DNA of 64,000 nucleotides from Candidatus Dormiibacterota bacterium (GTDB lineage Bacteria > Chloroflexota > Dormibacteria > Aeolococcales > Bog-877). Below the pieces are notes generated by a model. It was not told the origin of the DNA. It saw only the letters and a list, made by a program, of their open reading frames with translations, and did not search any database. The translations under genes were made by a program, and so were the position numbers. The stretch is taken from assembly GCA_049799515.1 (NCBI GenBank), contig JBARIA010000119.1, forward strand, positions 18,613-82,612. Direction: 5' to 3'. Shown one piece after another: positions 28,667-37,545 of this stretch (position 1 is its first letter; each line of letters opens with the position of its first letter).

Positions 28667-29593
28667 GTGATCGAGGTAGCTGTCCCGGCCACCTCCGCCA
28701 ATCTCGGCTGCGCATTCGACTGCGCGGCGATCGCGCTCGATCTCAACCTGGTGGTGCAGGCGACCGTGCTCCCGGAGCCGGGCTTGGAGCTCCTCTGCCA
28801 AGGCGAGGGGGCCGACGCCATCCCCAAGGACTCATCCAACCTGGTGGTCCGGGGGATCAACCGGCTCCAGGCCTGGACCGAAGTCCCGGAAACGGGGCTG
28901 CGGTTGAGCCTGCGCAGCGAGATCCCGGTGGGAGTCGGTCTGGGCTCCAGCGCGGCGGCGATTGTCGCGGGCCTTTTGGTCGGGGTCGGGCTGTCCCGGA
29001 GGCGGCCCGATGATGCCAACTTGATCGGCCTAGCGGCGGAGCTGGACGGGCACCCCGACAATGTCGCCGCCGCCTACCTGGGTGGGATGGTGGTGTCGGC
29101 CTCTGGAGCCGGGCCGGGCCCGGTGCTGAGCCGCAAAGCGAAAGTGCCAGCCGACGTTCAATTCATCGTTGTGGTGCCCGATCGGCTAACCCCGACTGCC
29201 GAGGCACGGGCGGTCCTGCCCGGGGTCTACAGCCGAGTCGATGCCGTTCACAACCTCCAGCGAGTTGCTCTCCTGGTGGCGTCGGCCTTCTCCGGGGAGT
29301 TCAACTTTGAACCCGAGTTCTTCGCCGACCGGTTCCACCAGACCCGCCGGGCCTCTCTACTTCCCGGTATCGCCGAGTGCCTAGCTCTCCAGCATCCGGA
29401 CTTGCTGGGCGTCTGCCTGAGCGGGTCCGGCTCCTCGGTCCTGGCGGTGATTCGGGGGACCGCCGCGACGGAGATCGCCGGCCAGCTGGTGCAGCGGTTT
29501 CAGAGTCAGGGGGTTATGGCGCGGGCGCTCACCCTGGCCGCCGACAACCTCGGCGCAAAGGGGCGACTCCCAGAGGAGCTCCGGGACTTGTGA
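28667..29593 (+). CDS. thrB: Homoserine kinase
   Basis: 308 aa. N-terminal VPATSANLGCAFD and the GHMP kinase motif PVGVGLGSSAAAIVAG. Confidence 0.9.
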   Translation: MIEVAVPATSANLGCAFDCAAIALDLNLVVQATVLPEPGLELLCQGEGADAIPKDSSNLVVRGINRLQAWTEVPETGLRLSLRSEIPVGVGLGSSAAAIVAGLLVGVGLSRRRPDDANLIGLAAELDGHPDNVAAAYLGGMVVSASGAGPGPVLSRKAKVPADVQFIVVVPDRLTPTAEARAVLPGVYSRVDAVHNLQRVALLVASAFSGEFNFEPEFFADRFHQTRRASLLPGIAECLALQHPDLLGVCLSGSGSSVLAVIRGTAATEIAGQLVQRFQSQGVMARALTLAADNLGAKGRLPEELRDL

Positions 29594-30978
29594 ACCTGCG
29601 GCCACTTCGAGTAATGAAGTTCGGCGGCTCCTCGGTCGGCGACGCCAGCCGGATGACGGGTACCGCCTCGATCATCAGCCGGCACGCCACGGATTCCCAG
29701 CTGGTGGTGGTGGTCTCGGCACTGCACAAGGTCACCGATTCCCTGCTTCGGGCCGCGACCGCCGCCAGCCGAAGGGAGACCGAAACCTGGGAGGCGATTG
29801 GTGCGGAGTTGAAGCTCCGCCACACCGAGGTCTGCCGGGAGCTGATACCGGCTGCGGACCGGCCTGCCATCCAGGAGCAGATCGAGGTCGCGCTGGCGAC
29901 CTTCGACGAGTTCTGCGCTGGCTTCTCTTTGGTCCGGGAGCTGACCCCTCGCTCGCTCGACTCTCTCTCGTCCTTGGGAGAGGTGTTGTCGGCCACCTTG
30001 CTGGCCGCCGTTCTGCGTGCGGGCGGCCTCGATGCCGAGGCGGTGGATGCCACCCAGCTGATCGTCACCGACGATGGTTTTGGCAACGCCACGCTGCTCT
30101 TCGAGCCGACTCGAGAGCTGGTCCAAAGCCGGCTGGCTTCCTTGCTGGAGCGCCGGGCGGTCCCGGTGGTGACCGGGTTCCGCGGCGCCACCAGGGATGG
30201 CATCTGCACTACCTTGGGCCGGGGTGGCTCGGACTACAGCGCGACCATCCTGGGTGCGGCCCTGCCGGCCCGGGAGATCTGGATCTGGACCGATGTGGAC
30301 GGTATGATGACCGCCGATCCGAAGCTGGTCCCTGAGGCCCAGGTGATTCCGGAGCTTTCCTACCGGGAGGCGATCGAGCTCTCATTCTTCGGGGCCAAGG
30401 TGCTCCATCCCAAGTCGCTGGACCTGCCCTTCCAGGCCGGGATCCCAGTCCTGATCAAGAACACCTTCCACCCGGAGGCATCGGGGACCGAGGTGGGCGG
30501 AACCAATCCGGGGCGACCCGGGGTGCGGGCGATCGCCTCCACCGCCGAGGCGGAGCTGTTCACGGTGACCGGCGCCCGGTCCATCTCCTTCACCAGACTG
30601 GCGACTCAGGTGTTCGGCTGGCTGGACGCGGATCGGGTAAGCACCCTGGTAGTCACTCAGTCGTCCGCAGAGAACGTCCTCACCTTCGCGGTCAACCGCT
30701 CCGACGCCGCCCGGGTGCGGCACCGGCTGGACCGCGAGCATGGCCCATCCCTGGCGGCAGTCGAGGAGCTGCCAGATGTCGGGGTGGTCGTCGCGGTGGG
30801 TGAGGGCATGAAGGGCACGCCCGGGATCGCCGCCCGGATCTTCAGCTCGGTGGCCGGCCTCGGGATCAACATAGCCGCGATCGCCCAGGGTTCCTCGGAG
30901 CTGAGCATCTCCCTGGTTGTGAAATCGTCGGACGTCCCAGCGTCGGTGCTGGCTATGCATCGGGAGTTCGGGCTCTAA
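29590..30978 (+). CDS. ask: Aspartate kinase (monofunctional, with C-terminal ACT domains)
   Basis: The ORF track gives 29377..30978. Likely starts are GTG 29590 (GTGA overlap with the thrB stop) or ATG 29614 (MKFGGSSVGD). Further motifs are VVVVSALHKVTD and GRGGSDYSATILGAAL. Confidence 0.88.
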   Translation: MNLRPLRVMKFGGSSVGDASRMTGTASIISRHATDSQLVVVVSALHKVTDSLLRAATAASRRETETWEAIGAELKLRHTEVCRELIPAADRPAIQEQIEVALATFDEFCAGFSLVRELTPRSLDSLSSLGEVLSATLLAAVLRAGGLDAEAVDATQLIVTDDGFGNATLLFEPTRELVQSRLASLLERRAVPVVTGFRGATRDGICTTLGRGGSDYSATILGAALPAREIWIWTDVDGMMTADPKLVPEAQVIPELSYREAIELSFFGAKVLHPKSLDLPFQAGIPVLIKNTFHPEASGTEVGGTNPGRPGVRAIASTAEAELFTVTGARSISFTRLATQVFGWLDADRVSTLVVTQSSAENVLTFAVNRSDAARVRHRLDREHGPSLAAVEELPDVGVVVAVGEGMKGTPGIAARIFSSVAGLGINIAAIAQGSSELSISLVVKSSDVPASVLAMHREFGL

Positions 30979-30988
30979 AGTCTGGCCG

Positions 30989-32272
30989 ATGACCCGCTCC
31001 TTCCTGCGCTGCTCGGAGCCCGCCTGTGCCAGGGAGAACGCGGAACCCGGGATCACCTATGCCTGCGCTAGCTGCGGTGGACTGCTGGAGGTGGGCTACG
31101 AGTTCGACGACGCCGATCCCAGCGGCTGGCGTCGTCTATGGGGCGACCGGCAGATCGGGACTGAAGAGGCCGACCGTAGTGGAGTCTGGCGGTACCAGGA
31201 GCTCCTGCCCTTCCTAAGCCCGGAGCAGGCCCCGGTCACCCTGGGAGAGGGTTCGACCCCACTGGTGAGTTCCCCCCAGGCGGCGAGTTGGGCCGGTCTC
31301 GATCGGCTTGAGGTGAAACACCAGGGGGTCAACCCGACGGGGTCCTTCAAGGACCTGGGGATGACTGCTTGTATCAGCCACGCTCACTCCCAGCAGGTTC
31401 AAGTGGTGGCCTGCGCCTCGACTGGGAACACCTCCTCATCGATGGCCGCCTACGCCGCTCGGGCCGGGCTCCGGGCGCTGCTCTTCGTTCCCCAGGGAGC
31501 GGTCTCCAGCGCCAAGCTGGCCCAGGCCATCGATTTCGGGGCACAGGTGGTGGAGACCGGGAGCAACTTCGACCAAGCACTCCGCCTGCTCCGCGTGGTC
31601 GCCGGCGACCTGGGCTGGTACGTGGTGAACTCGATCAACCCCTATCGGATCGAAGGCCAGAAGACGGTGATCGTCGAGCTGCTGGAGCAGCGGGGCTGGC
31701 GGGTGCCTGACTACGTGGTGGTGCCGGGGGGCAACCTGGGCAACGTCTCGGCGATCGGCAAGGGGCTGATGGAGCTGACCAGCCTCGGCATCATCACCAA
31801 GGTCCCCCGGCTGATTGTGGTCCAGGCGGACGGTTCCAACCCCTTCTATCGGCTGTGGTCGGCGGGGGGCGGCACCCTGGAGCCGCTGGCGGATCCCCAG
31901 ACCAGGGCCACCGCGATCAGGATCGGCAGCCCGGCCAACTGGCCCAAGGCGCTGCGCGCGCTTAGGTGGTCCGAGGGCGCCTGTGAGACGGTCAGCGACC
32001 GGGAGATCGGGGCCGCCAAGGAGGCACTGGGTCGCGACGGGGTCGGTTGCGAGCCAGCCTCGGCGACCACCGTCGCCGGCCTGCGGAAGCTGCGACAGAG
32101 CGGCCAGATCGAGAAGGACGCCGACGTGGTGGCGATCCTCACTGGCCATCAGCTCAAAGATGTCGACTACATCCTGGAGGAGCACAACGCAAGCGCTCGG
32201 ACGCTGCGGCTAGACCCGGATTCCCAGACCGCTCCCGAGCTTCTCTCCGCGTGGTTGGAGTCCGTCGGTTAG
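30989..32272 (+). CDS. thrC: Threonine synthase (paralog 2)
   Basis: 427 aa. N-terminal Cys cluster CSEPAC...CASCGG, PLP-lysine context NPTGSFKDLGMT, ASTGNTSSSMAAYAA and NSINPYRIEGQKT. Confidence 0.85.
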   Translation: MTRSFLRCSEPACARENAEPGITYACASCGGLLEVGYEFDDADPSGWRRLWGDRQIGTEEADRSGVWRYQELLPFLSPEQAPVTLGEGSTPLVSSPQAASWAGLDRLEVKHQGVNPTGSFKDLGMTACISHAHSQQVQVVACASTGNTSSSMAAYAARAGLRALLFVPQGAVSSAKLAQAIDFGAQVVETGSNFDQALRLLRVVAGDLGWYVVNSINPYRIEGQKTVIVELLEQRGWRVPDYVVVPGGNLGNVSAIGKGLMELTSLGIITKVPRLIVVQADGSNPFYRLWSAGGGTLEPLADPQTRATAIRIGSPANWPKALRALRWSEGACETVSDREIGAAKEALGRDGVGCEPASATTVAGLRKLRQSGQIEKDADVVAILTGHQLKDVDYILEEHNASARTLRLDPDSQTAPELLSAWLESVG

Positions 32273-32300
32273 AGGATCGCCGAGGTCTGGTCGCGGGACA

Positions 32301-32798
32301 TTATTGCCGTGCCGGCCCCAACTCCACCGAGTCGAAGAGATCAAGTTCTAGTTGGTCCGGTACTTCGAACAGAGTCGACCAATATTCGAGCTGCTCGCGG
32401 CTGATCGGAACTGCGGCCCATGTCGAACTCTGATTCCTCAGCTCCAGTCGGCGCCACAACTCCTCAGGAGGCACATCCAGATATTGCAGATGGACCGCTA
32501 CTCCCAGGACTCGTGCTCCCAGCCGCTTTTCGTCACGATCCGAGCGCAGCCAGAATCCTGACTCCAAGATCACGCTTTGGCCGAGCCTCAGCAGGTCCTG
32601 GGCGAGAAGCCAGAACTGCACTTCGATCCGGTCTCGCGCCTGCTCGTCGTGGAGGGTGATGCCCAGACGCGCCATCCACTCGTCGCCGCACAGCCGGACC
32701 GCCGAAAGCTGTCCCCCCAGATGCTTGGCGAGGGTCGTCTTCCCGGAGCCGGGCAGTCCGCAGAGCAGAATCAGGCGGGGGGTGGGGCGCCCGGTCAC
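32301..32798 (-). CDS. P-loop kinase-like ATP-binding protein (AAA_33 / zeta-toxin-like fold)
   Basis: 165 aa with Walker A GLPGSGKTT near the N-terminus. Confidence 0.6.
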   Translation of the reverse strand: MTGRPTPRLILLCGLPGSGKTTLAKHLGGQLSAVRLCGDEWMARLGITLHDEQARDRIEVQFWLLAQDLLRLGQSVILESGFWLRSDRDEKRLGARVLGVAVHLQYLDVPPEELWRRLELRNQSSTWAAVPISREQLEYWSTLFEVPDQLELDLFDSVELGPARQ

Positions 32799-32892
32799 AA
32801 CCCGTCTCCGAACTCACGAGCAGTCAAGGTGGGCCGGAGCGTAGCGGTTGCGAGCGCGGTGGCCCACACGGGACCCGCTCCGGCGTCCTGGC

Positions 32893-33258
32893 TCAGTCTC
32901 CGGCCGATTCCTGCAGGCTGGTCTGCGCCGTCAAAGGGTAGTCGAATCGGATCACGTCGATCGGCCGTTCCAGCACCCACGCCAAAAAGCTCTGATGCAG
33001 CGGATGGATCAGATACGCCGCGTAGGCGTCGGAATCAGTGAACTCGGTTAGGAGACCGAACTGGTAGCCGTCGGCTCGCTCTAGGGTGTCGCGCCCGAAC
33101 CGTAGCCGACGCAAGCCCGGCAGTCCCGCCCATTTGGCTATCTGGCGTCGCATCTCCTCCTCGACCTCCGGCCGCGGCTCCTCCCGGAGCCGGAAGAGGA
33201 CCAGGTGCTGGATCGGCCAGTGAGAGTCAGTGGCCGACGATGAGTCCATCAGGAGCAC
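32893..33258 (-). CDS. Dabb (stress-responsive alpha/beta-barrel) domain protein
   Basis: 121 aa. IQHLVLFRL...FGLLTEFTDSDAYAAYLIHPLHQSF is the typical Dabb pattern. Confidence 0.7.
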   Translation of the reverse strand: MLLMDSSSATDSHWPIQHLVLFRLREEPRPEVEEEMRRQIAKWAGLPGLRRLRFGRDTLERADGYQFGLLTEFTDSDAYAAYLIHPLHQSFLAWVLERPIDVIRFDYPLTAQTSLQESAGD

Positions 33259-33276
33259 CGGCCACGGGCTGAAGAG

Positions 33277-34779
33277 TTAGAAGAATTCAAAGTATTCGTT
33301 CTGCTCCCACTCTGTGACCTCGGCGGGGTCGGCGGCGGATCCGGCCTCCTCCACATATCTGTTGTACTCAAAACGCTTGAGCATGACCAGGTAGTCGACG
33401 ATCTCGGACCCCAGGGCCTGGCGGAAGAATTTGTCTCGGTCGAGCGCCTCCACCGCCTCACCCAGACTGACGGGCAGGGCCGGCGCCGCCTCTGAGTAGG
33501 GGTCGGCATGGACCATCGGCGGTGGGGCCAGTTGGCGTCGGATCCCGTCCAGTCCAGCGGCGATGTTGGCGGCCATGTAGAGGTAGGGATTGGCGGCCGG
33601 CTCCCCGAGCCGATTCTCCAGGTGCGAGCCCTGGTCCCCGGGCTGTCCCTGAACGCGGAGCATCGAGCCGCGGTTCTCCAGCGCCCAGTTGACCCGGTTG
33701 GGCGCGAACGAGTACGGCTTGAACCGCTTGAAGCCGTTGACGGTGGGGGTGGAGAAGACGGTCATGGGGATGGCGTGCTCCAGGATTCCTGCGGCGAACT
33801 GACGCCCGGTCAGAGAGAGCGCCTCCTGGTCGGTGCTGGCAAAGGAGTTGCCTCCCTGCTTGGCGTCCTGGAGCGACTCGTGCAGGTGCCAGCCGCTCGA
33901 GGAGACGTTGGGGATCAGTGGCCGGCACATGAATGTGGCGTGGAAGCCGAGCTGGTGGCAGATTTGCTTGGCGGCGGTCCGGAACAGGACCATGGCATCA
34001 GCGGCTCCCAGTCCCAGCTGGGGGTCGAAGGTGATCTCCGTCTGACCGGGACCCCACTCGTCCTCCATGGTGCGCAGAGGCAGCCCGACCGCCTCGAAGT
34101 GGTCCCGCAGAGGATCGAGGATCTCGCTGATCTGGGCCAGGCGGGTCTCGGAAAGGTACTGGTAGCCCTGAGCCACCACGCTGACCTGAGGCGCCTTGGG
34201 CGGCCAGCCGGTTTCGTCGATGCCGATCCGCAGCTGCTCCCGACGGAAGATGTAGAACTCGACCTCCAGGCCGGCGGCGTACTCGAAGCCCATCTCTCGC
34301 GCCAGCTCAAGCTGCCGGCGCAGCACCTGCCGGGTGAAGAGTCCCACCGGCTTGCCATTGCTGAAATAGGCGTCGGAGAGCACCCAGGCGGTCTGGTTGG
34401 CCCAGGAGAGGACCTGGAAGGTGGTCGGGTCCGGGACCAGGACCAGATCCGGGAAACCTGTCAGCTCGGGGATGCCGAACCCGCCCCCCTCCACGAAGGC
34501 CGGGGGAAATACCTTGTTGGCCGTGTCGAGGCTCAGGATGGCCCCGGAGAAGTCGATGCCGTTGCGCAAAGAGAGCAGGAAATCGTGGGCGGACACGAAC
34601 TTGCAGCGGACCATCCCGTGCTGGTCCACCACCCCCACCCGCACCGTCCGGATGCCCTGCTCCGAGACCAGCGCTGCGGCGCGCTCGGCGCCCGCCTGCA
34701 TGGCGTCGGTGAAGAGACCGTGCTGGGCGATGAAACCCACCTTGCCGACGGCTAAGTCCCGCACTGACGTGCTGGTCAT
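33277..34779 (-). CDS. Glutamine synthetase family protein (GS-like gamma-glutamyl ligase, GlnA/PuuA-like)
   Basis: 500 aa. GS catalytic-domain hallmarks are GLEVEFYIF, DEWGPGQTEITF, ATFMCRP, SGWHLHESL, NGFKRF and NRGSMLRV...LENRLGEPAANPYL. Confidence 0.85.
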   Translation of the reverse strand: MTSTSVRDLAVGKVGFIAQHGLFTDAMQAGAERAAALVSEQGIRTVRVGVVDQHGMVRCKFVSAHDFLLSLRNGIDFSGAILSLDTANKVFPPAFVEGGGFGIPELTGFPDLVLVPDPTTFQVLSWANQTAWVLSDAYFSNGKPVGLFTRQVLRRQLELAREMGFEYAAGLEVEFYIFRREQLRIGIDETGWPPKAPQVSVVAQGYQYLSETRLAQISEILDPLRDHFEAVGLPLRTMEDEWGPGQTEITFDPQLGLGAADAMVLFRTAAKQICHQLGFHATFMCRPLIPNVSSSGWHLHESLQDAKQGGNSFASTDQEALSLTGRQFAAGILEHAIPMTVFSTPTVNGFKRFKPYSFAPNRVNWALENRGSMLRVQGQPGDQGSHLENRLGEPAANPYLYMAANIAAGLDGIRRQLAPPPMVHADPYSEAAPALPVSLGEAVEALDRDKFFRQALGSEIVDYLVMLKRFEYNRYVEEAGSAADPAEVTEWEQNEYFEFF

Positions 34780-34816
34780 TTACCTCTCCTCCTCGTGCGT
34801 GCTCTCCCCCCGCCGC

Positions 34817-35551
34817 TCAGCCGCCGCCAGCCGCCACCCCTGACGCCGCCGGGTGTCCGGTCTGGCTCTCACCCACCGACACCACCTCCTTGGGCGCCAG
34901 CCTAACCCTGTGACTGGCGGTCGGGAAGCAGAGCGTGAAGATGGCCTCGTCCAGTGAGTGGAGAGCGGTGCTGGCGACCTCGGCCCCATCCAGTCGGAAG
35001 CGCCAGCCATCGTTCTCGGGGTTGCCGGCGTAAAAGAGGGGCGAGCCTCTGGCGGGCAGGTAAGCCAGGTTGGCACTTCCTCCCAGCTGCCGGTGCACCT
35101 CCTTGAGCGCGGTCGCTGGCTCCGGGCCATCCGCGACCAGTGACTCAAAGAGCCGGAATCCGACCTCGCTGTCCGCCTGCCCCTCGAGCTTCCCTGCGAA
35201 ATGGTCCCGCAACCCGGGGGCTCCATCCAGCCCACCGTTGTGGCCGAAGGCAAAGGAGCCATCGTCGGCCACGAAGGGCTGGGTGTCGGCCAGGCCGACC
35301 GTTGTGAGTCGAGCGGGTCGGCGGAGATGGAGCAGGAAGTGGCTGGAGCGGATCCCGAGCAGGTTGGCCCGGCCATTGTGGTCGTCGCGGAGTGTCCCCG
35401 GATCCCGGTACCGACGGATCCGACCCGCCTCACGCCAGGCCAGACCCCAGCCGAAGCCGCCAATCCCTAGGCGTTCTAACTCCAGGCCCCAGGGAAGCAC
35501 CTTCTCGAAGGGTTGCGGCTCGGGCCACACGGCGACCAAAATCTCACACAC
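34817..35551 (-). CDS. Class II (Ntn-type) glutamine amidotransferase-like protein
   Basis: The ORF track gives 34817..35935. I trim the start to GTG 35551 so the protein begins (M)CEILVAV, with the nucleophile Cys at position 2 as in Ntn amidotransferases. This start overlaps the lrp stop by 8 nt. About 244 aa. Confidence 0.7.
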   Translation of the reverse strand: MCEILVAVWPEPQPFEKVLPWGLELERLGIGGFGWGLAWREAGRIRRYRDPGTLRDDHNGRANLLGIRSSHFLLHLRRPARLTTVGLADTQPFVADDGSFAFGHNGGLDGAPGLRDHFAGKLEGQADSEVGFRLFESLVADGPEPATALKEVHRQLGGSANLAYLPARGSPLFYAGNPENDGWRFRLDGAEVASTALHSLDEAIFTLCFPTASHRVRLAPKEVVSVGESQTGHPAASGVAAGGG

Positions 35552-36083
35552 TACGTCCGCTCTCCGGGCTTGGGGTACCGTCTGCGGGGCCAGTCCGATG
35601 GGCATCGCTCTGATCCAAGAGCGACTCGGCCAGCTCCAAATCGAACGACTTGGGCGGCAGCTCCCCCAGGCAGAGCAGAGTCTCGGTGCGCTCGATCCCG
35701 CTGATCCGCCAGACCCGCTCGAAGAGCAGCTCCCGCAGGTGTTGCTGGTCCCGGGCCCGCAGCCGCACCAGGAGGTCGGAATCGCCGGTGACCACCTCCA
35801 CCTGCTCCACCTCAGGCAGGCGCCGAAGCTCGGCGACCGTGGCCGCCTGCTCGCTGCCCTGCACCCCGGTGACCCGGATGTAGACCAGCAGGCCGTAACC
35901 CAGCCGACTCCAGTCGATCTCAGCTCGGTAGCCACGGATCACCCCGTGACGTTCCAGCCGGGCGATCCGCTCGGCGACCGCCGGGGCTGACATGCGCACC
36001 TCAGCGGCGATCCCGCGCACCGAGCGGCGGGCGTCGCGCAGCAGCAGTACCAGGATCTGGAGATCGGTTGGATCGAGGCCCAT
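35544..36083 (-). CDS. Lrp/AsnC family transcriptional regulator
   Basis: Start trimmed to ATG 36083 (MGLDPTDLQILVLLLRDARRSVRGIAAEVRMSAPAVAERIARLERHGVIRGY). This is the HTH_AsnC region, followed by an RAM-like domain. Confidence 0.85.
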   Translation of the reverse strand: MGLDPTDLQILVLLLRDARRSVRGIAAEVRMSAPAVAERIARLERHGVIRGYRAEIDWSRLGYGLLVYIRVTGVQGSEQAATVAELRRLPEVEQVEVVTGDSDLLVRLRARDQQHLRELLFERVWRISGIERTETLLCLGELPPKSFDLELAESLLDQSDAHRTGPADGTPSPESGRSV

Positions 36084-36194
36084 TGGGGGCCCCTGGACCG
36101 CCGCAAACGGTCCGGATTCCGGCTCACCATCAGTAAGGTGGTTAAGAGGTTTTACCGCTATGTCGTGAGGAGCGCTCCCGTTAGCCACCCTTTC

Positions 36195-36228
36195 ATGATA
36201 TAGGTAGATGCCATAATTAGGCTATCAT
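36195..36228. promoter_or_regulatory. AT-rich inverted repeat ATGATA-N22-TATCAT, candidate Lrp operator in the divergent control region
   Basis: The only strongly AT-rich patch (ATGATATAGGTAGATGCCATAATTAGGCTATCAT) in the 253-bp spacer between the lrp gene and the cupin gene. Confidence 0.35.
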
Positions 36229-36336
36229 TTGCGACTGGGGCCGGACGGTTTTCCGTCTGGTTTGTGGGCACGGTGACAGCGGGATTTGTGGGGCCGGATT
36301 TGATCGCCGGCTAAGGGCGTCGAGGGGAGTTCAGCT

Positions 36337-36759
36337 ATGAGTCTCGCGGACCAGTACTTCGCCGAGCCGGGATCGGGCAAGGCCCCCACCAGCCAGGGTC
36401 ATTTCGTGGACCTGGCCAAAGACGTCGAGCCGGTCGTGTTCGTGCCTGGACTGGAGTTCAGGCCGGCTCTGGGCGAGGCCACCATGCTGAATTCCGTGCG
36501 CTTCGCGCCCCACACCGAGGCTCCCCTGCACAGCCACGACGAGGAGCAGCTGACCCTGGTGGTGGAGGGAGAGCTGGAGTTCGAGATCGATGGCGAGGTG
36601 CGCCTGCTCACCCCGGGGATGGTGGCGGTGATCCCGGCCAATGTCCCTCACGGGGCCAAGACCGGAGATCTGCCCTGCCACGAGTACGACGTCTTCAACC
36701 CACCCCGCCGAGCGCTGCTGGCCCTGCGGACTCAGAGCCTGCCCCAGGCCGACGGCTAG
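36337..36759 (+). CDS. Cupin domain protein
   Basis: 140 aa with cupin motifs PLHSHDEEQLTLVVEGELEF and VIPANVPHGA. Confidence 0.75.
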   Translation: MSLADQYFAEPGSGKAPTSQGHFVDLAKDVEPVVFVPGLEFRPALGEATMLNSVRFAPHTEAPLHSHDEEQLTLVVEGELEFEIDGEVRLLTPGMVAVIPANVPHGAKTGDLPCHEYDVFNPPRRALLALRTQSLPQADG

Positions 36760-36762
36760 CTG

Positions 36763-37545
36763 GTGGATCTCAACCTGCAGGGGCGACGGGCCGTGGTGAC
36801 CGGTGGCTCCAAGGGGCTGGGCGCGGCCATCGCCAGGGAGCTGCTCGCCGAGGGAGCGGTGGTCGCGATCTGCTCTCGGAACCAGGATGAGCTGGAGGCC
36901 GCGGCAGAGGAGCTGCGCCAGGGCGGGGGCCAGGTGGTCGCGCAGGTCGCAGACGTCACGGACCCCGAGCAGGTGGAGAGCTTCATCGGCCACTCGGTGG
37001 CGGAGCTGGGCGGTCTTGACGTACTGGTCAACAACGCGGGCCGGGCCCATCCCGGGACCTTCGCGACATTGACCGACGCCGACTTCCAGGCGGATCTGGA
37101 GGTCAAGCTCTTCTCCCAGATGCGCTGCAGCCGGGCCGCGCTGCCCCACCTGCGCCAGGCCGGAGGTGGAGCGATCATCAACATCAACGCCATCTACGGG
37201 CGGCAGCCCGACCCCGCCTTCTTCGCCACCTCGGTGGACCGGGCAGCTTGCCTGGCCTTCAACAAGGCGCTGGCGATGGAGGTGGCGGCTGAGGGGATCC
37301 TGGTCAACAGCGTCAACATCGGCTTCGTCCGCACGCCCCAGTGGCACAACCTCCACCAGCGGCGGGGACCCCAGCTCAGCGAGGAAGAATTTCTGGCCCA
37401 GACTGCCGCGGTCGAGGTCCCCCTGGGCCGGTTCGGCGAGGCCGACGAGGTCTCGGGGCTGGTCGCCTTTCTGGCCAGTTCTCGGGCCAGCTACATCACC
37501 GGTGCGTCGATCGACGTAAGCGGTGGCATGGGGAGGTACGTATGA
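36763..37545 (+). CDS. Short-chain dehydrogenase/reductase (FabG-like)
   Basis: 260 aa with VVTGGSKGLGAAIAREL and NNAG. The stop overlaps the next start (ATGA). Confidence 0.85.
   Translation: MDLNLQGRRAVVTGGSKGLGAAIARELLAEGAVVAICSRNQDELEAAAEELRQGGGQVVAQVADVTDPEQVESFIGHSVAELGGLDVLVNNAGRAHPGTFATLTDADFQADLEVKLFSQMRCSRAALPHLRQAGGGAIININAIYGRQPDPAFFATSVDRAACLAFNKALAMEVAAEGILVNSVNIGFVRTPQWHNLHQRRGPQLSEEEFLAQTAAVEVPLGRFGEADEVSGLVAFLASSRASYITGASIDVSGGMGRYV

Noticed and set aside
27655-29061. 468-aa minus-strand ORF opposite thrC-like 1 and thrB
   Set aside because: It is a shadow ORF spanning two well-supported plus-strand genes, with Arg/Pro/Gly-rich low-complexity translation.
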